Source of the DNA: Patescibacteria group bacterium
Lineage (GTDB): Bacteria > Patescibacteriota > Minisyncoccia > Phycocordibacterales > UBA2100
NCBI GenBank assembly: GCA_038064535.1
Contig: JBBTSX010000005.1
Location: 13,051 to 77,050, forward strand
Reading direction: 5' to 3'
Length of the DNA: 64,000 nucleotides
A model generated the notes under the pieces. That model was not told where the DNA came from. It saw nothing but the letters and a program-made list of their open reading frames with translations, and did no database searches. Position numbers and translations under genes: made by a program. Positions 39,137-49,022 of the stretch are shown in pieces. Each line of letters begins with the position of its first letter. Position 1 is the first letter of the stretch.

Positions 39137-40828
39137 CTATGCAATCGTCTCGAGCATCACTTCATCATTGAGGTCTACAACGCGGGAGAGTTCGTCGAAC
39201 GAGGTAACGCCCTGCAAAATTTTCACCGCACCGTCTTGTGCCATGCGGCGGATGTTCTGATGCTTGGCTGCGTGCCAGATGTCGCGCTCGGACGACGTGT
39301 GACGCACGCATTCTTCGATTTCTCTGTCCATCAAAATCACTTCCACCACGGCGATGCGGCCCTTGTAGCCGAGGCCGCCGCATTTTTCGCAGCCCTTCGG
39401 TATCCACATCTGTTCGCGATTCGCGGGCAGGTCTTCGGTATGCGGGACATTTTTCAGCAGGAAATTCATTTTCTCAAGCACTTTGCCGGTAATCGGCGCG
39501 GCCTGCCTACAATTGGTGCAGAGTTTGCGCACGAGGCGCTGTGCCATCGCGGTCGTTACCGCCGCACCGAGCACCTCGGCCCCCACGCCCATGTCTATGA
39601 GTCGCGGGAAGGTACCGGCGGCGTCGTTGGTGTGGAGCGTTGAGAACACGAGGTGACCGGTGAGCGAGGCATGCACGGCGGTCGACGCCACTTCGGCATC
39701 GCGGATTTCGCCGACCATTATCACGTCGGGGTCTTGGCGCAATGTGCTACGCAAACCCTGTGCGAATGAATAGTCTTTGGAAACCTGTGTCTGCACGATA
39801 CCGGGGAGGTGATACTCGACCGGGTCTTCGATGGTGACGATTTTGATTTCCGGTTTGTGTACCTTGCGCAAGAATGCGTAGAGCGTCGTCGTCTTACCGC
39901 TACCGGTCGGGCCGGTGTTGAGAATCATGCCGTTTGGCTTCGCGATTTCGCGGTCGAAAATATCCATGAGGTATTTGTCGAAGCCGAGCGCCTCCATCGG
40001 GAGTGCGATAGTCGTCGGGTCGAGGAGACGCATGACGATGGTTTCCGCATACGAACCGGGCAAAACGCTAGTGCGTATCTCGACTTCTTTGCCGCCGACG
40101 ACGATGGAGAAGCGGCCGTCTTGTGCCGCATTTTTTATGTTGAGCTTGAGGCCTGACAAGAGTTTGAGACGGCTTGAGATGAGCGCATAGGTCGGTGTGT
40201 CGAATATCAGCACTTCGACAAGCACACCGTCGAGGCGATAGCGCATGCGCACGCCCACCTCTTCGGGCTCGAGGTGCACATCGGAGGCACCGAGCGAGAG
40301 CGCTCCGGCCATGATGATTTCCAGGACGCGCGATATGCGGTGCGTGTCTTTGCTCGCGGTGTGCGAATTGATTTCGACGCGCACATCGTCGAGTGTCTTG
40401 AGCTTCTGCAACATCTGCTGGATGGTGTCGTTGGAGAGCGTGAGGATGCCGGCTTCGGTCTCGGTGGCGTATGAAATATCGTGGAATCGGTCCCACGCAT
40501 GTTCGAGCGAGGCCTGCGAGACGATAAACCGCCGCGGTTCGTAGCCGAGATGCTCGAGGTCTTTGAGCACTTCCAGCGCGTCGGCGCGCTCAGGTGCGCG
40601 CATACCCACGAAGAGCAGTTTGTTCACTTTGTGGAACGGTGCCACCTCGGTTGCGCGCGCCTGCGCTTCGGGAACGAGGCGAAGCGCGTCGGTGTCGATG
40701 GATTTGTTCGTCAGGTCCACGTACTCGATGCCGTATTTGCCGGCAAGCATCGAGGCGAGCTGTTCCTCTTCCTTGGCGCGCAATTCACGCACCCGCTCCT
40801 CCTGCTTTTTCTCGTTGAACTGCGTCAT
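39137..40828 (-). CDS. pilB: Type IV pilus assembly ATPase PilB/GspE family
   Basis: ASDVHLEP, QDGRF, GPTGSGKTT, TIEDPVEY, LRQDPDVIMVGEIRD, CxxC..CxxC. Confidence 0.93.
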   Translation of the reverse strand: MTQFNEKKQEERVRELRAKEEEQLASMLAGKYGIEYVDLTNKSIDTDALRLVPEAQARATEVAPFHKVNKLLFVGMRAPERADALEVLKDLEHLGYEPRRFIVSQASLEHAWDRFHDISYATETEAGILTLSNDTIQQMLQKLKTLDDVRVEINSHTASKDTHRISRVLEIIMAGALSLGASDVHLEPEEVGVRMRYRLDGVLVEVLIFDTPTYALISSRLKLLSGLKLNIKNAAQDGRFSIVVGGKEVEIRTSVLPGSYAETIVMRLLDPTTIALPMEALGFDKYLMDIFDREIAKPNGMILNTGPTGSGKTTTLYAFLRKVHKPEIKIVTIEDPVEYHLPGIVQTQVSKDYSFAQGLRSTLRQDPDVIMVGEIRDAEVASTAVHASLTGHLVFSTLHTNDAAGTFPRLIDMGVGAEVLGAAVTTAMAQRLVRKLCTNCRQAAPITGKVLEKMNFLLKNVPHTEDLPANREQMWIPKGCEKCGGLGYKGRIAVVEVILMDREIEECVRHTSSERDIWHAAKHQNIRRMAQDGAVKILQGVTSFDELSRVVDLNDEVMLETIA

Positions 40829-40853
40829 TGTCCCTGTATTGTACACTGGCGGG

Positions 40854-41309
40854 ATGCAGAGGCGGACACATTCGGGCGAGCAATTGAAATCGTTTGCACA
40901 GGAGTACGTACGGACGCTGTCTCCGCGCTCATATGCGACAGTCGTTGCACTCTCCGGCGAGCTCGGGGCAGGGAAGACCACGTTTGTGCAGGGAGTGGCC
41001 GCGGCGCTTGGGGTGCAAGAAACAGTCGCAAGCCCGACGTTTGTTATAGAGAAAGTGTATGAACTGTCGAGGCAAAAATGGGAACGGCTCATACATATAG
41101 ATGCATACCGCCTGAAAAGCGCACACGAGCTCGAAGTTCTCGGCTGGAAAGAAATCACCGAGGACCCCGCGAACCTCATACTGCTGGAGTGGCCGGAACG
41201 CGTGGAAGAAGCGATACCGGATGAAGCAATACATATCCGTATAGACATCGAGGGCGACGGGCGTATCATCTCAATTGAACATGGCAAAAAAGACGGCGAA
41301 AAAAACTGA
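40854..41309 (+). CDS. tsaE: tRNA t6A biosynthesis ATPase TsaE
   Basis: LSGELGAGKTT, SPTF, HIDAYRL, EWPE. Confidence 0.95.
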   Translation: MQRRTHSGEQLKSFAQEYVRTLSPRSYATVVALSGELGAGKTTFVQGVAAALGVQETVASPTFVIEKVYELSRQKWERLIHIDAYRLKSAHELEVLGWKEITEDPANLILLEWPERVEEAIPDEAIHIRIDIEGDGRIISIEHGKKDGEKN

Positions 41310-43746
41310 AACCTCGGGTAAAAAACTACGGCTCGTACTGCTCGACAGCCACGCGATATTGCACCGTGCGTATCACGCGCTGCCGGATTTCTCGTCGAGC
41401 AAGGGCGAACCGACGGGCGCACTCTACGGGCTCATTCTGATGCTCCTCAAAATCAAGAGCGATTTGAAGCCCGATTACATCGTCGCCGCGCGCGACTTGC
41501 CCGGCACGACGTATCGTCACGAATTGTTCGCGGACTACAAAGCGAAGCGGGTGAAAGCCGAAGACGAGCTCGTCGCACAGCTCAAGCGCGCGCCGAAAGT
41601 TTTTGAGGCATTCGGTATTCCCGTCTACCAGAAAGAAGGGTACGAGGCCGACGATGTGTTGGGTACCATTGTGAAAGAGCTTCGCGGGCGCTCCGATATC
41701 GAAACCATCATCGCCTCCGGCGACATGGACACGCTGCAGCTTGTGGGCGAGCGCGTAAAAGTATTCACCCTGCGCAAAGGTCTCTCGGATACGGTCATGT
41801 ACGACATCGACCGCGTGAAAGAGCGCTACGGATTCGGTCCGGAGTGTGTTGTCGATTACAAAGCACTGCGCGGTGACCCGTCCGACAACATCCCCGGCGT
41901 CAAAGGCATCGGCGAGAAAACTGCGACCGAGCTCATTCAGCAATTCGGCTCGGTGGATGCGATATACAAAGTGCTCAACAAGAATCCGAAAGAAATGGAG
42001 AAAGCCGGCGTGAAGCCGCGCGTCGTCGAGCTGTTGCGCGCGGGCAAGGAGAACGCCGCGTTTTCCAAACAGCTGGCGACCATTCACCCCGACGTGCCGA
42101 TACATTTCGCACTACCGGACCACAAGTGGGACATGCCCGAGCATGTCGCGACCATCGATGCGCTGTGCGACGAACTCGAATTCCGCTCGGTCAAAGAACG
42201 ACTGCACAGTGTGCTTCACAGCGGCGAAGCGAAAGCAGAATCTGCGGACGAGATGTCGGTGGACCCCGCGGCGCTCGAGGAGACGTCAGTCGCACTCTGG
42301 CTCCTGCGTAGCGACCTCACGAGCCCGACGCTCGACGATATCTTGCAGTATGCGGAAACAAAAGATTTTGAAGAGGCGCGGAAGAAAGTATTTGCCGACC
42401 TCAAGAAAACGGGACGTCTCGCCGACGTGTATGAGCACATAGAAAAGCCGCTTATTCCGGTCGTTCACCGTATGAACGAAACGGGTGTCTATATCGACGT
42501 AAAATATCTTGCGGGTCTTTCAAAAGAGTACGGAGATGAGCTCGGCAAAATCGCCGCACGCATCTACAAGCACGCGGGACACGAGTTCAATATCAATTCA
42601 CCCAAACAGCTTGGTGTCATTCTGTATGATGAGCTTAAGATAACGCCCGCAAAGCAGAAGAAAACGGCGACGGGCCTGCCTGTGCGGGCGGAAGTCCGCC
42701 GCACGCAGACAGGCGCGCGCACCACGCGCGAGGAAGAGCTCCAAAAGATGGCCGATTTGCATCCCGTCATCGCCGATATTTTGGCGTATCGCGAATTGCA
42801 GAAGCTTCTTTCGACCTACATCGAAAAAATCCCGCCGCTCATAGCGGAAGATAAGCGCCTGCACGCGCAATTTCTCCAAACAGGGACAGTGACCGGCCGT
42901 ATGGGATGTCAGGACCCGAACCTGCAGAACATTCCCATCCGCACGGAGTACGGCAAACGCATCCGTTCCGCATTCTCAGCCGAAAAAGGTTTCGTACTGG
43001 CGTCGATTGATTACTCGCAAATAGAACTTCGCATCGCGGCGGGTCTTTCGGGCGATGAAAACCTCGTGCGCGTATTCAAAGAGAGTCGCGACGTACACAC
43101 CGAAGTTGCGTCGAAAGTATTCAACGTGCCGGCGGACAAGGTGGATTATGAAATGCGGCGCAGGGCGAAAATAATCAACTTCGGCATTCTCTACGGCATG
43201 GGGGTCAATGCACTGCGCGCGAATTTGGGCGCTTCCGTTACACGCGACGAAGCGGCGCGTTACCTCGACGATTATTTCAAGAATTTTTCCGGACTCGCGC
43301 GTTTCATCGAGAAAACGAAAGCGGACGCCGCGCGGCTCGGCTACACCGAAACACTTTTCGGTCGCCGGCGGTATTTCAGCGGATTCAAATCTTCGTTGCC
43401 GGGTCTGCGTGCACAGGCGGAGCGCATGGCGATGAACGCGCCGATGCAGGGAACGCAGGCCGACATCATCAAGCTCGCGATGGTGGAGGCGGATGCGCTC
43501 ATCGAGAAAAACGGCTGGCGCGCCCCTTCGACGGGCTCAGGGCAGGCAAAAGTGCGGCTCCTGATGCAGGTGCACGACGAACTTGTCTACGAAGTTGATG
43601 AAAAAGAAGCGGAAAGCATTGCGCGTACACTGCGCGACGTGATGGAGAGTGTTGTCGACATTAAACTGTTGTCGGGTGTTCCTGTCGTTGCTGAAATTGC
43701 CATCGGGCCGGACTGGGGTAACGTGAAGAGGATAGAGCGTTCATAA
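41281..43746 (+). CDS. polA: DNA polymerase I (reduced 3'-5' exonuclease region)
   Basis: YEADD, GDPSDNIPGV, DYSQIELR, AKIINFG, QVHDEL. Confidence 0.97.
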   Translation: MAKKTAKKTETSGKKLRLVLLDSHAILHRAYHALPDFSSSKGEPTGALYGLILMLLKIKSDLKPDYIVAARDLPGTTYRHELFADYKAKRVKAEDELVAQLKRAPKVFEAFGIPVYQKEGYEADDVLGTIVKELRGRSDIETIIASGDMDTLQLVGERVKVFTLRKGLSDTVMYDIDRVKERYGFGPECVVDYKALRGDPSDNIPGVKGIGEKTATELIQQFGSVDAIYKVLNKNPKEMEKAGVKPRVVELLRAGKENAAFSKQLATIHPDVPIHFALPDHKWDMPEHVATIDALCDELEFRSVKERLHSVLHSGEAKAESADEMSVDPAALEETSVALWLLRSDLTSPTLDDILQYAETKDFEEARKKVFADLKKTGRLADVYEHIEKPLIPVVHRMNETGVYIDVKYLAGLSKEYGDELGKIAARIYKHAGHEFNINSPKQLGVILYDELKITPAKQKKTATGLPVRAEVRRTQTGARTTREEELQKMADLHPVIADILAYRELQKLLSTYIEKIPPLIAEDKRLHAQFLQTGTVTGRMGCQDPNLQNIPIRTEYGKRIRSAFSAEKGFVLASIDYSQIELRIAAGLSGDENLVRVFKESRDVHTEVASKVFNVPADKVDYEMRRRAKIINFGILYGMGVNALRANLGASVTRDEAARYLDDYFKNFSGLARFIEKTKADAARLGYTETLFGRRRYFSGFKSSLPGLRAQAERMAMNAPMQGTQADIIKLAMVEADALIEKNGWRAPSTGSGQAKVRLLMQVHDELVYEVDEKEAESIARTLRDVMESVVDIKLLSGVPVVAEIAIGPDWGNVKRIERS
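42675..42713. repeat. 39-bp palindromic in-frame insertion in polA (LPVRAEVRRTQTG)
   Basis: CCTGCCTGTGCG..GCACGCAGACAGG; same ends as 56389-56421. Confidence 0.85.
43523..43547. repeat. CCCTTCGAC..GCTCAGGG element in frame in polA (PSTGSGQ)
   Basis: Related to CCCCTCGACTGCGCTCGGGG in rsmA (2207-2226). Confidence 0.65.
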
Positions 43747-43748
43747 CC

Positions 43749-44420
43749 ATGCTGTATTTTTTCACCGGCACCGATACGGAAAAAGCGCGCGAGGCGATGA
43801 GCACCGCCGTCACAAAGACGAAACAAAAAAATATCGTCCGCATCACCGATGCGCACTCCGCCGCCGACCTTGATGCGGCGCTCGGGGGAGCGGGGATGTT
43901 CGGGGAAGATCGTGTCGTCGTTCTCGACAACGTGCTGGGGAACGATGAGTTGCGGGAGAGGCTTCTTGCCAGGCTCAAAGACTTTTCAAAGTCCGATGAT
44001 GTATTTTTTATGCTCGAGAGTGGCATAGATACGGATACGCGCAAATCGGTGGAGAAGTTTGCGGCAAAAACAGAACGGTTCGATGTGCCAAAAAGAGACC
44101 GCGACAACTCGATTTTCGCGCTCGCGAATGCACTGCAACGTGGACAACGCAAAGAGCTTTGGGTGGGTTACCAGCGGGAATTGCTCAAGGGGAGCGCGCC
44201 CGAGGCAATTCACGGGACGCTGTTTTGGGCCGCAAAACAAGCGTTTTTGCGCTCCGACACCCCCCGCAGTCGCAAACTCGTGGCACAGCTCGCCGAGCTT
44301 CCTCATGAAGCCCGCCGCAAGGGATTTGACCTCGAATATGCGCTCGAGCACTTTGTGCTGTCGCGGGCCTGCCCCGCACCAAAATCAGCCTATTCTGGGC
44401 CGAGGAAGAGTAGCCATTAG
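43749..44420 (+). CDS. DNA polymerase III delta (HolA)-like protein, short
   Basis: MLYFFTGTD, GMFGEDRVVVLD, SIFALANAL. Confidence 0.7.
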   Translation: MLYFFTGTDTEKAREAMSTAVTKTKQKNIVRITDAHSAADLDAALGGAGMFGEDRVVVLDNVLGNDELRERLLARLKDFSKSDDVFFMLESGIDTDTRKSVEKFAAKTERFDVPKRDRDNSIFALANALQRGQRKELWVGYQRELLKGSAPEAIHGTLFWAAKQAFLRSDTPRSRKLVAQLAELPHEARRKGFDLEYALEHFVLSRACPAPKSAYSGPRKSSH

Positions 44421-44498
44421 GCGCAATACCATATCGGCTGTCCACTGTTGTCCTTGCGGTGAGATTTTTGGTGCTGGGGTGTGATATCGTTTTAGTAT

Positions 44499-45800
44499 AT
44501 GACCTCTGTAACCCGAGCGCCTCTGTTTTTTGTGGCGGTCTTTTTCGTAGGTACATTGCTCCTTTTGTTTGTGCCAAATCGAACAGACGCTCTTGGATTA
44601 GATGCGGATAAAATGTGTAATCCCGTCATCCTGCAGTGTGGGTGCGGACAAATAATGGGTCCAAAAGGTTGTATCGGCGGTCCCAACATGTGGAAATGTC
44701 CGTGCTACGACACGACGAACACATTTGGTTCCAGCGGAATATGTGTTGCGCCCATGAAATGTTTAGCGCAATCCACCGGCGGGCCCGATGGGTTCGGACT
44801 CGACATTGTTAAATCAATGCTCGGCGAGCTGATGAAAAAGCTCATGCAACAGGGTAGTGGTGGCGGGGGTGGCGGCGGGGGTGGCACCGGCACAGGTATC
44901 GACGGCACAACAGGTCCGACCGGTTGCGGCTCATACGTCGCGACATCCGACGTCACACAAGTTTCCACGTCCAACACCGGAGGAGTTTGCTACTACTATC
45001 AGTCATCGGTCTCGGACCTGCTCGGTGGGAACGATACGACCAACGGCAACGGGTTGAGTCTGTCCGACCAACTCAATGCACTCACCGACTCCAATGCAAA
45101 CACGCTTACCAACAACAATGCCAACACGAGTAGTACTCTTAATCGTCAGTTGAACGAGCGCGCCGCTACCTCCACACCGACAACTACGCGGACAATTTTG
45201 ACACAAGGCGTTCAGGGGGGTCTCATGTCGGGAATTCGGGGCGACATGCAGGTCCTCGGCAACGGGGTCACCATTCTCGCAGCCTCGGTGGACGCGCAGG
45301 GCAACAGCAGCACTGCCGGATTCTACGGTGCGAGCTCCGTCACGGGTCAGCCGGTGAGTACGATAGTAAATCTCTGCAAGGGCCGCCCGTGGTCGAAACA
45401 TATGCTCTCGTATGCACTCCCGCCGACGTTCTTTGACAGTCTGTGTATCATGCGCGGCTATTCAGTGGGTACCGCACAAGCCGCCGCGCCAAGCGTCAAA
45501 ATAGTGCAGAAGATTGCTACATCGAGCGCCACCACGACGCCTCCCGTCCTGCCGCCGAAAGTCGATATCTGGGCGGTGCCGGCATCTGTGCCGCTCGGCT
45601 CGCGTGCGTCGGTATTCTGGACCTCGCAGGGAGTGAAGGACTGCACGATTACGTCGCCCGACGGCGCCTTCTCCCAAGCAGCTCCCTCCGGAAGCGCTTC
45701 GACGGTGGCACTCACGAAGACGACGACATTCACTATCTCCTGCACCGCACCGGACGGAAAGCCGGTCAACAAGTCGGTAACAGTGAACCTTTCGCAGTAA
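44499..45800 (+). CDS. Secreted Cys/Gly-rich surface protein, paralog 1
   Basis: Signal peptide; C-terminal ~200 aa strongly similar to 45965-47671. Confidence 0.8.
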   Translation: MTSVTRAPLFFVAVFFVGTLLLLFVPNRTDALGLDADKMCNPVILQCGCGQIMGPKGCIGGPNMWKCPCYDTTNTFGSSGICVAPMKCLAQSTGGPDGFGLDIVKSMLGELMKKLMQQGSGGGGGGGGGTGTGIDGTTGPTGCGSYVATSDVTQVSTSNTGGVCYYYQSSVSDLLGGNDTTNGNGLSLSDQLNALTDSNANTLTNNNANTSSTLNRQLNERAATSTPTTTRTILTQGVQGGLMSGIRGDMQVLGNGVTILAASVDAQGNSSTAGFYGASSVTGQPVSTIVNLCKGRPWSKHMLSYALPPTFFDSLCIMRGYSVGTAQAAAPSVKIVQKIATSSATTTPPVLPPKVDIWAVPASVPLGSRASVFWTSQGVKDCTITSPDGAFSQAAPSGSASTVALTKTTTFTISCTAPDGKPVNKSVTVNLSQ

Positions 45801-45801
45801 A

Positions 45802-45898
45802 CCCCGTTAGAAGCTCACGCGAGGCATTGGTTCTGCGTCCGCAATCTTTTTGCGTTCATCCCCGCGGCAAGCAGTGGGGCGCCCTGCTTCTAACGGGG
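45802..45898. mobile_element. CCCCGTTAGAA element, copy 6
   Basis: CCCCGTTAGAAGC/GCTTCTAACGGGG arms; perfect TAAA duplication at 45798-45801 and 45899-45902. Confidence 0.88.
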
Positions 45899-45964
45899 TA
45901 AAAGAAGTTCTCTGTATACAACAGGGTACGTTGCACTCCCGCGGGCGTGCTACTATTTAGTGAC

Positions 45965-47671
45965 ATGAGTACGGTGCACAAAGTTGCTCTAGGCACATTT
46001 CTCGTTTTTGGTTTCGCGCTAACGGCATTTGCCCTCCTGCCGGTCTCGGTCACTGCGCAAAATCTCGGCAGTCCCGAGGACATCCGCTGCGTGAAAGAGT
46101 GCGCGGTCGCCGCGTCGAAGAAAAAACCGTGTCCCACGCCCACGAAAATTGTGTGTCATGTTACGGTAAACGGCGGCACTTCTTTCGGGTTTTGCATGCC
46201 CAACGGCTGCAAGGCAACGGGCTATGGTGGCGGCGGGGGAGGTTCGGGCAACGTCGGACTCGACTTGATCAAGCAGGTTCTCGGCAGTCTGATGCAAAAA
46301 CTCATGCAAGGGGGTCAGGGAAGTGGAAGCGGCAGTGGAAGCGGTTCGGGTTCGGGCGGCACCCCCATAAACACGACTCAGCCGACCTGCTCGCTTACGT
46401 CCACGACAGACTCTACCGACGCCTCAAGTACAAAAGCGACACTATCGTGGACATCTTCATATGATGTGACAAGCGCAACAATCAGTCCGGACATTGGTTC
46501 TGTCTCGCCGAATGGTTCCCAACAGGTTACCGTCACAAGTGCCCTCGGCATCTACAGTATGACGGTGACGGGGCCCGGCGGAACGGGGGCATGCTACAAA
46601 ACCATTTCCGGTCCCGGCGGCGGAGGTGAGTGCGATGCCGTCAGTCAGGCGCTGGGTCTGTGCGGAGGAGGTGGTGGAGGTGCGGACACTACGACGGGGG
46701 ATTTGAGTGTCGAAACCTCGACGGGCGAAGTGCCGTTCCAGGCGGTGTTCTCGGTATCCGCCGGTGCATGCCGAACGGCCGATCTGTTGCTCAACTACGG
46801 CGACGGAAGTTCTCCCGTGACGGTGTTTGTGGCGAATGAGACAACCATGCCCGGCACGTGCACGGGCGACTCCATTTCCGCTTCGCCGGAGCACGCGTAT
46901 CACAATCCCGGCTCGTACACGGCAGAGCTCACTAATTCCGTAAGCCGCGCTTCGGTATCGTCGGTCAACATCACGGCGACTACTCCCGCCAATTCCTCAA
47001 ATAACAACAATGGAAGAACGATTACATCTACACCGAGCAGCACTCTACCGGTCATCGTGCCGCAGGGCGTGATACAAGGACTTACGTCGGGTGTGAGCGG
47101 CGATATCCGGATACTCGGAAACAGCGGGACGATTCTCGCGGGTTCGGTGGACCCGGGAGGCAACAGTGTCACTGCCGGTTTCTTCGGCTCCAACACCTTC
47201 ACCGGCCAGCCGACCGGAGTCATCGCTAATCTTTGCAAGAGCCGTCCGTGGGCGGGCAATATCCTCTCGTACATCCTTCCGGCGACATTCTTTGACAGCC
47301 TGTGCGTGCTGCGCGGCTATCAGGTGGGTACGCCGAAGCCGGCCGCCCCGACCGTCACCGTATTCCAAAGTGCACCCAAAAAAGTGACGAAGACACCCGT
47401 CGCGACGACGACACCCGCCGTCCCACCGAAAGTCGATATCTGGGCGGTGCCCTCTTCCGTGCCCTTGGGCTCGCGCACGTCGGTATTCTGGAGTTCGCAG
47501 GGCGTGACGAACTGCACCGAAACATCACCCGACGGTAGCTTCTCGCAGAACACGCTCTCCGGCGGCGCTTCTACGGTCGCTCTCACCGGCGCGACGACGT
47601 TTACGATGTCCTGCATCGCTCCCGACGGCTCACACGTGACGGACTACGTGACGGTGAACCTCTCGATCTAG
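45965..47671 (+). CDS. Secreted surface protein with PKD/Ig-like domains, paralog 2
   Basis: Signal peptide; NYGDGS..HAYHNPGSYTAEL PKD-like motif; KVDIWAVP.SVPLGSR shared with paralog 1. Confidence 0.8.
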   Translation: MSTVHKVALGTFLVFGFALTAFALLPVSVTAQNLGSPEDIRCVKECAVAASKKKPCPTPTKIVCHVTVNGGTSFGFCMPNGCKATGYGGGGGGSGNVGLDLIKQVLGSLMQKLMQGGQGSGSGSGSGSGSGGTPINTTQPTCSLTSTTDSTDASSTKATLSWTSSYDVTSATISPDIGSVSPNGSQQVTVTSALGIYSMTVTGPGGTGACYKTISGPGGGGECDAVSQALGLCGGGGGGADTTTGDLSVETSTGEVPFQAVFSVSAGACRTADLLLNYGDGSSPVTVFVANETTMPGTCTGDSISASPEHAYHNPGSYTAELTNSVSRASVSSVNITATTPANSSNNNNGRTITSTPSSTLPVIVPQGVIQGLTSGVSGDIRILGNSGTILAGSVDPGGNSVTAGFFGSNTFTGQPTGVIANLCKSRPWAGNILSYILPATFFDSLCVLRGYQVGTPKPAAPTVTVFQSAPKKVTKTPVATTTPAVPPKVDIWAVPSSVPLGSRTSVFWSSQGVTNCTETSPDGSFSQNTLSGGASTVALTGATTFTMSCIAPDGSHVTDYVTVNLSI

Positions 47672-47686
47672 ACTTTCTCACACACA

Positions 47687-47717
47687 CAAAACACCTGCCG
47701 CAGGGCAGGTGTTTTTG
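47687..47717. terminator. Bidirectional terminator hairpin
   Basis: AAAACACCTGCC..GGCAGGTGTTTT. Confidence 0.7.
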
Positions 47718-47719
47718 TC

Positions 47720-47823
47720 TTTGTGGTCACACATAATTTTCTGCTGAAAATTTGCGCGACCCCGGCTCGCGGTTTTGCCTGCTGGCAAAACATCGCTCCG
47801 CCTCGCACAAAAGCAGAAAACCT
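47720..47823 (-). repeat. Structured repeat downstream of tRNA-Lys
   Basis: AGGTTTTCTGCTTTTGTGC..GGCGGAGCGATG..CCGCGAGCCGGGGTCG..GTGACCACAAA. Confidence 0.8.
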
Positions 47824-47853
47824 GGCCGTTGTGGCAGGTGTTTCTATCTTTTG

Positions 47854-47926
47854 TGCGCCCGGTTGGAATCGAACCAACGACCCTCTGCTTAAAAGGCAGG
47901 TGCTCTACCGACTGAGCTACGGGCGC
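47854..47926 (-). tRNA. tRNA-Lys(UUU)
   Basis: Cloverleaf GCGCCCG..CGGGCGC-A; anticodon loop CTTTTAA; TTCGATT T-loop. Confidence 0.95.
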
Positions 47927-48053
47927 GCACGAGGAACAAAAAAAGAATACCGCATTTTCTCACTTTCTCCGAACATCCCGCCCGAACGAAGTACCGGCGG
48001 ACGACGCTTGATTCTATGCGAGACCGGAACGTACGTCCACGTTGAATTGCACT

Positions 48054-48398
48054 TTAGAGAGGTAAGTCGAAGGCGAGAGCGCCGGCACCTGTCACCAAAA
48101 GCGAGAAGCACATGACGAGCGCAAGGAGCGCCGTCGAACGGGGACCTGTGCGTAGCGAGGGCACGAACAATCCGGCAAGTAGCAACACTGCCGCACCGAG
48201 CGCGACCGCCTGCGTCCACGTGCCGGAGAGGAGCGCCGCCGCGACCGCGATTTCAATAATAGCGAACACGCGCATCATGATGGCGGGCTCTGAAATGTGC
48301 CGCCATGATGCACCGGCAAAGAGTATGGCGAGGGCAATACGGATAATGAACGCCGAGAGCGGGGCGAGAAAAAGTATTTGCGGGAACAGCGATAACAT
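48054..48398 (-). CDS. DoxX-like membrane protein
   Basis: RIALAILF..EIAVAAALLSGTWTQ..GAGALAFD. Confidence 0.75.
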   Translation of the reverse strand: MLSLFPQILFLAPLSAFIIRIALAILFAGASWRHISEPAIMMRVFAIIEIAVAAALLSGTWTQAVALGAAVLLLAGLFVPSLRTGPRSTALLALVMCFSLLVTGAGALAFDLPL

Positions 48399-48421
48399 AC
48401 AAGACAGTATAGCGTATTCCG

Positions 48422-48456
48422 CCTGCCTGCCGTGCTTCATTTCCGGCGCAGGCAGG
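48422..48456. repeat. CCTGCCTG..CAGGCAGG palindromic element (intergenic)
   Basis: Arms seen directly; same family as the uvrD, polA and 56389 insertions. Confidence 0.7.
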
Positions 48457-48471
48457 TATACAGTATCCCGC

Positions 48472-48936
48472 ATGGAGATAGCGGTGCTTTTGCACAACGT
48501 GCGCAGTGCGCACAATGTCGGTTCAATATTCCGCACGTGTGACGCCGCGGGCGTCTCCCGTGTGTATCTCACCGGCTACACGCCGGCGCCGACAGACCGT
48601 TTCGGGCGTGCGCAAAAAGATATCGCCAAAACAGCCCTCGGCGCAGAGCACAACGTGCCGTGGGAATACCGGAAATCGCCGACGGCTGTCATCGCGCGGC
48701 TGAACAAAACTCGTTGGCGGATTGTTGGAGTTGAACAGTCCCCGCGGGCAGTTCCATATATGGAACTGCCCGCCCAAGACAAGTCACTGTACATTTTCGG
48801 AAACGAAGTGCGGGGGATTTCAAAAAGCATCCTGAATGCGTGCGACTCCGTCATCGAAATTCCGATGCACGGAAAGAAAGAGTCACTCAACGTCTCCGTC
48901 GCGGCAGGAATTATTCTGTTTTCAACGGTACGCTGA
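48472..48936 (+). CDS. SpoU/TrmH family RNA methyltransferase
   Basis: HNVGSIFRTCDA, FGNEVRG, IPMHGKKESLNVSVA. Confidence 0.93.
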   Translation: MEIAVLLHNVRSAHNVGSIFRTCDAAGVSRVYLTGYTPAPTDRFGRAQKDIAKTALGAEHNVPWEYRKSPTAVIARLNKTRWRIVGVEQSPRAVPYMELPAQDKSLYIFGNEVRGISKSILNACDSVIEIPMHGKKESLNVSVAAGIILFSTVR

Positions 48937-48939
48937 TTT

Positions 48940-49015
48940 GGCGAGGCCCGCATTTTTTGCCTGCGGAACTCGCTTCGCTCAAACAGGTCCTCGGCTTCAA
49001 AACGCGGGCCTCGCC
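48940..49015. repeat. 12-bp inverted-repeat element between convergent genes
   Basis: GGCGAGGCCCGC/GCGGGCCTCGCC. Confidence 0.6.
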
Positions 49016-49022
49016 TAGGGCG

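Noticed and set aside
40829-41422. 198-aa N-terminal extension of PilB in the ORF track
   Set aside because: It is antisense to tsaE and polA; the credible start is 40828 (MTQFNEKK).
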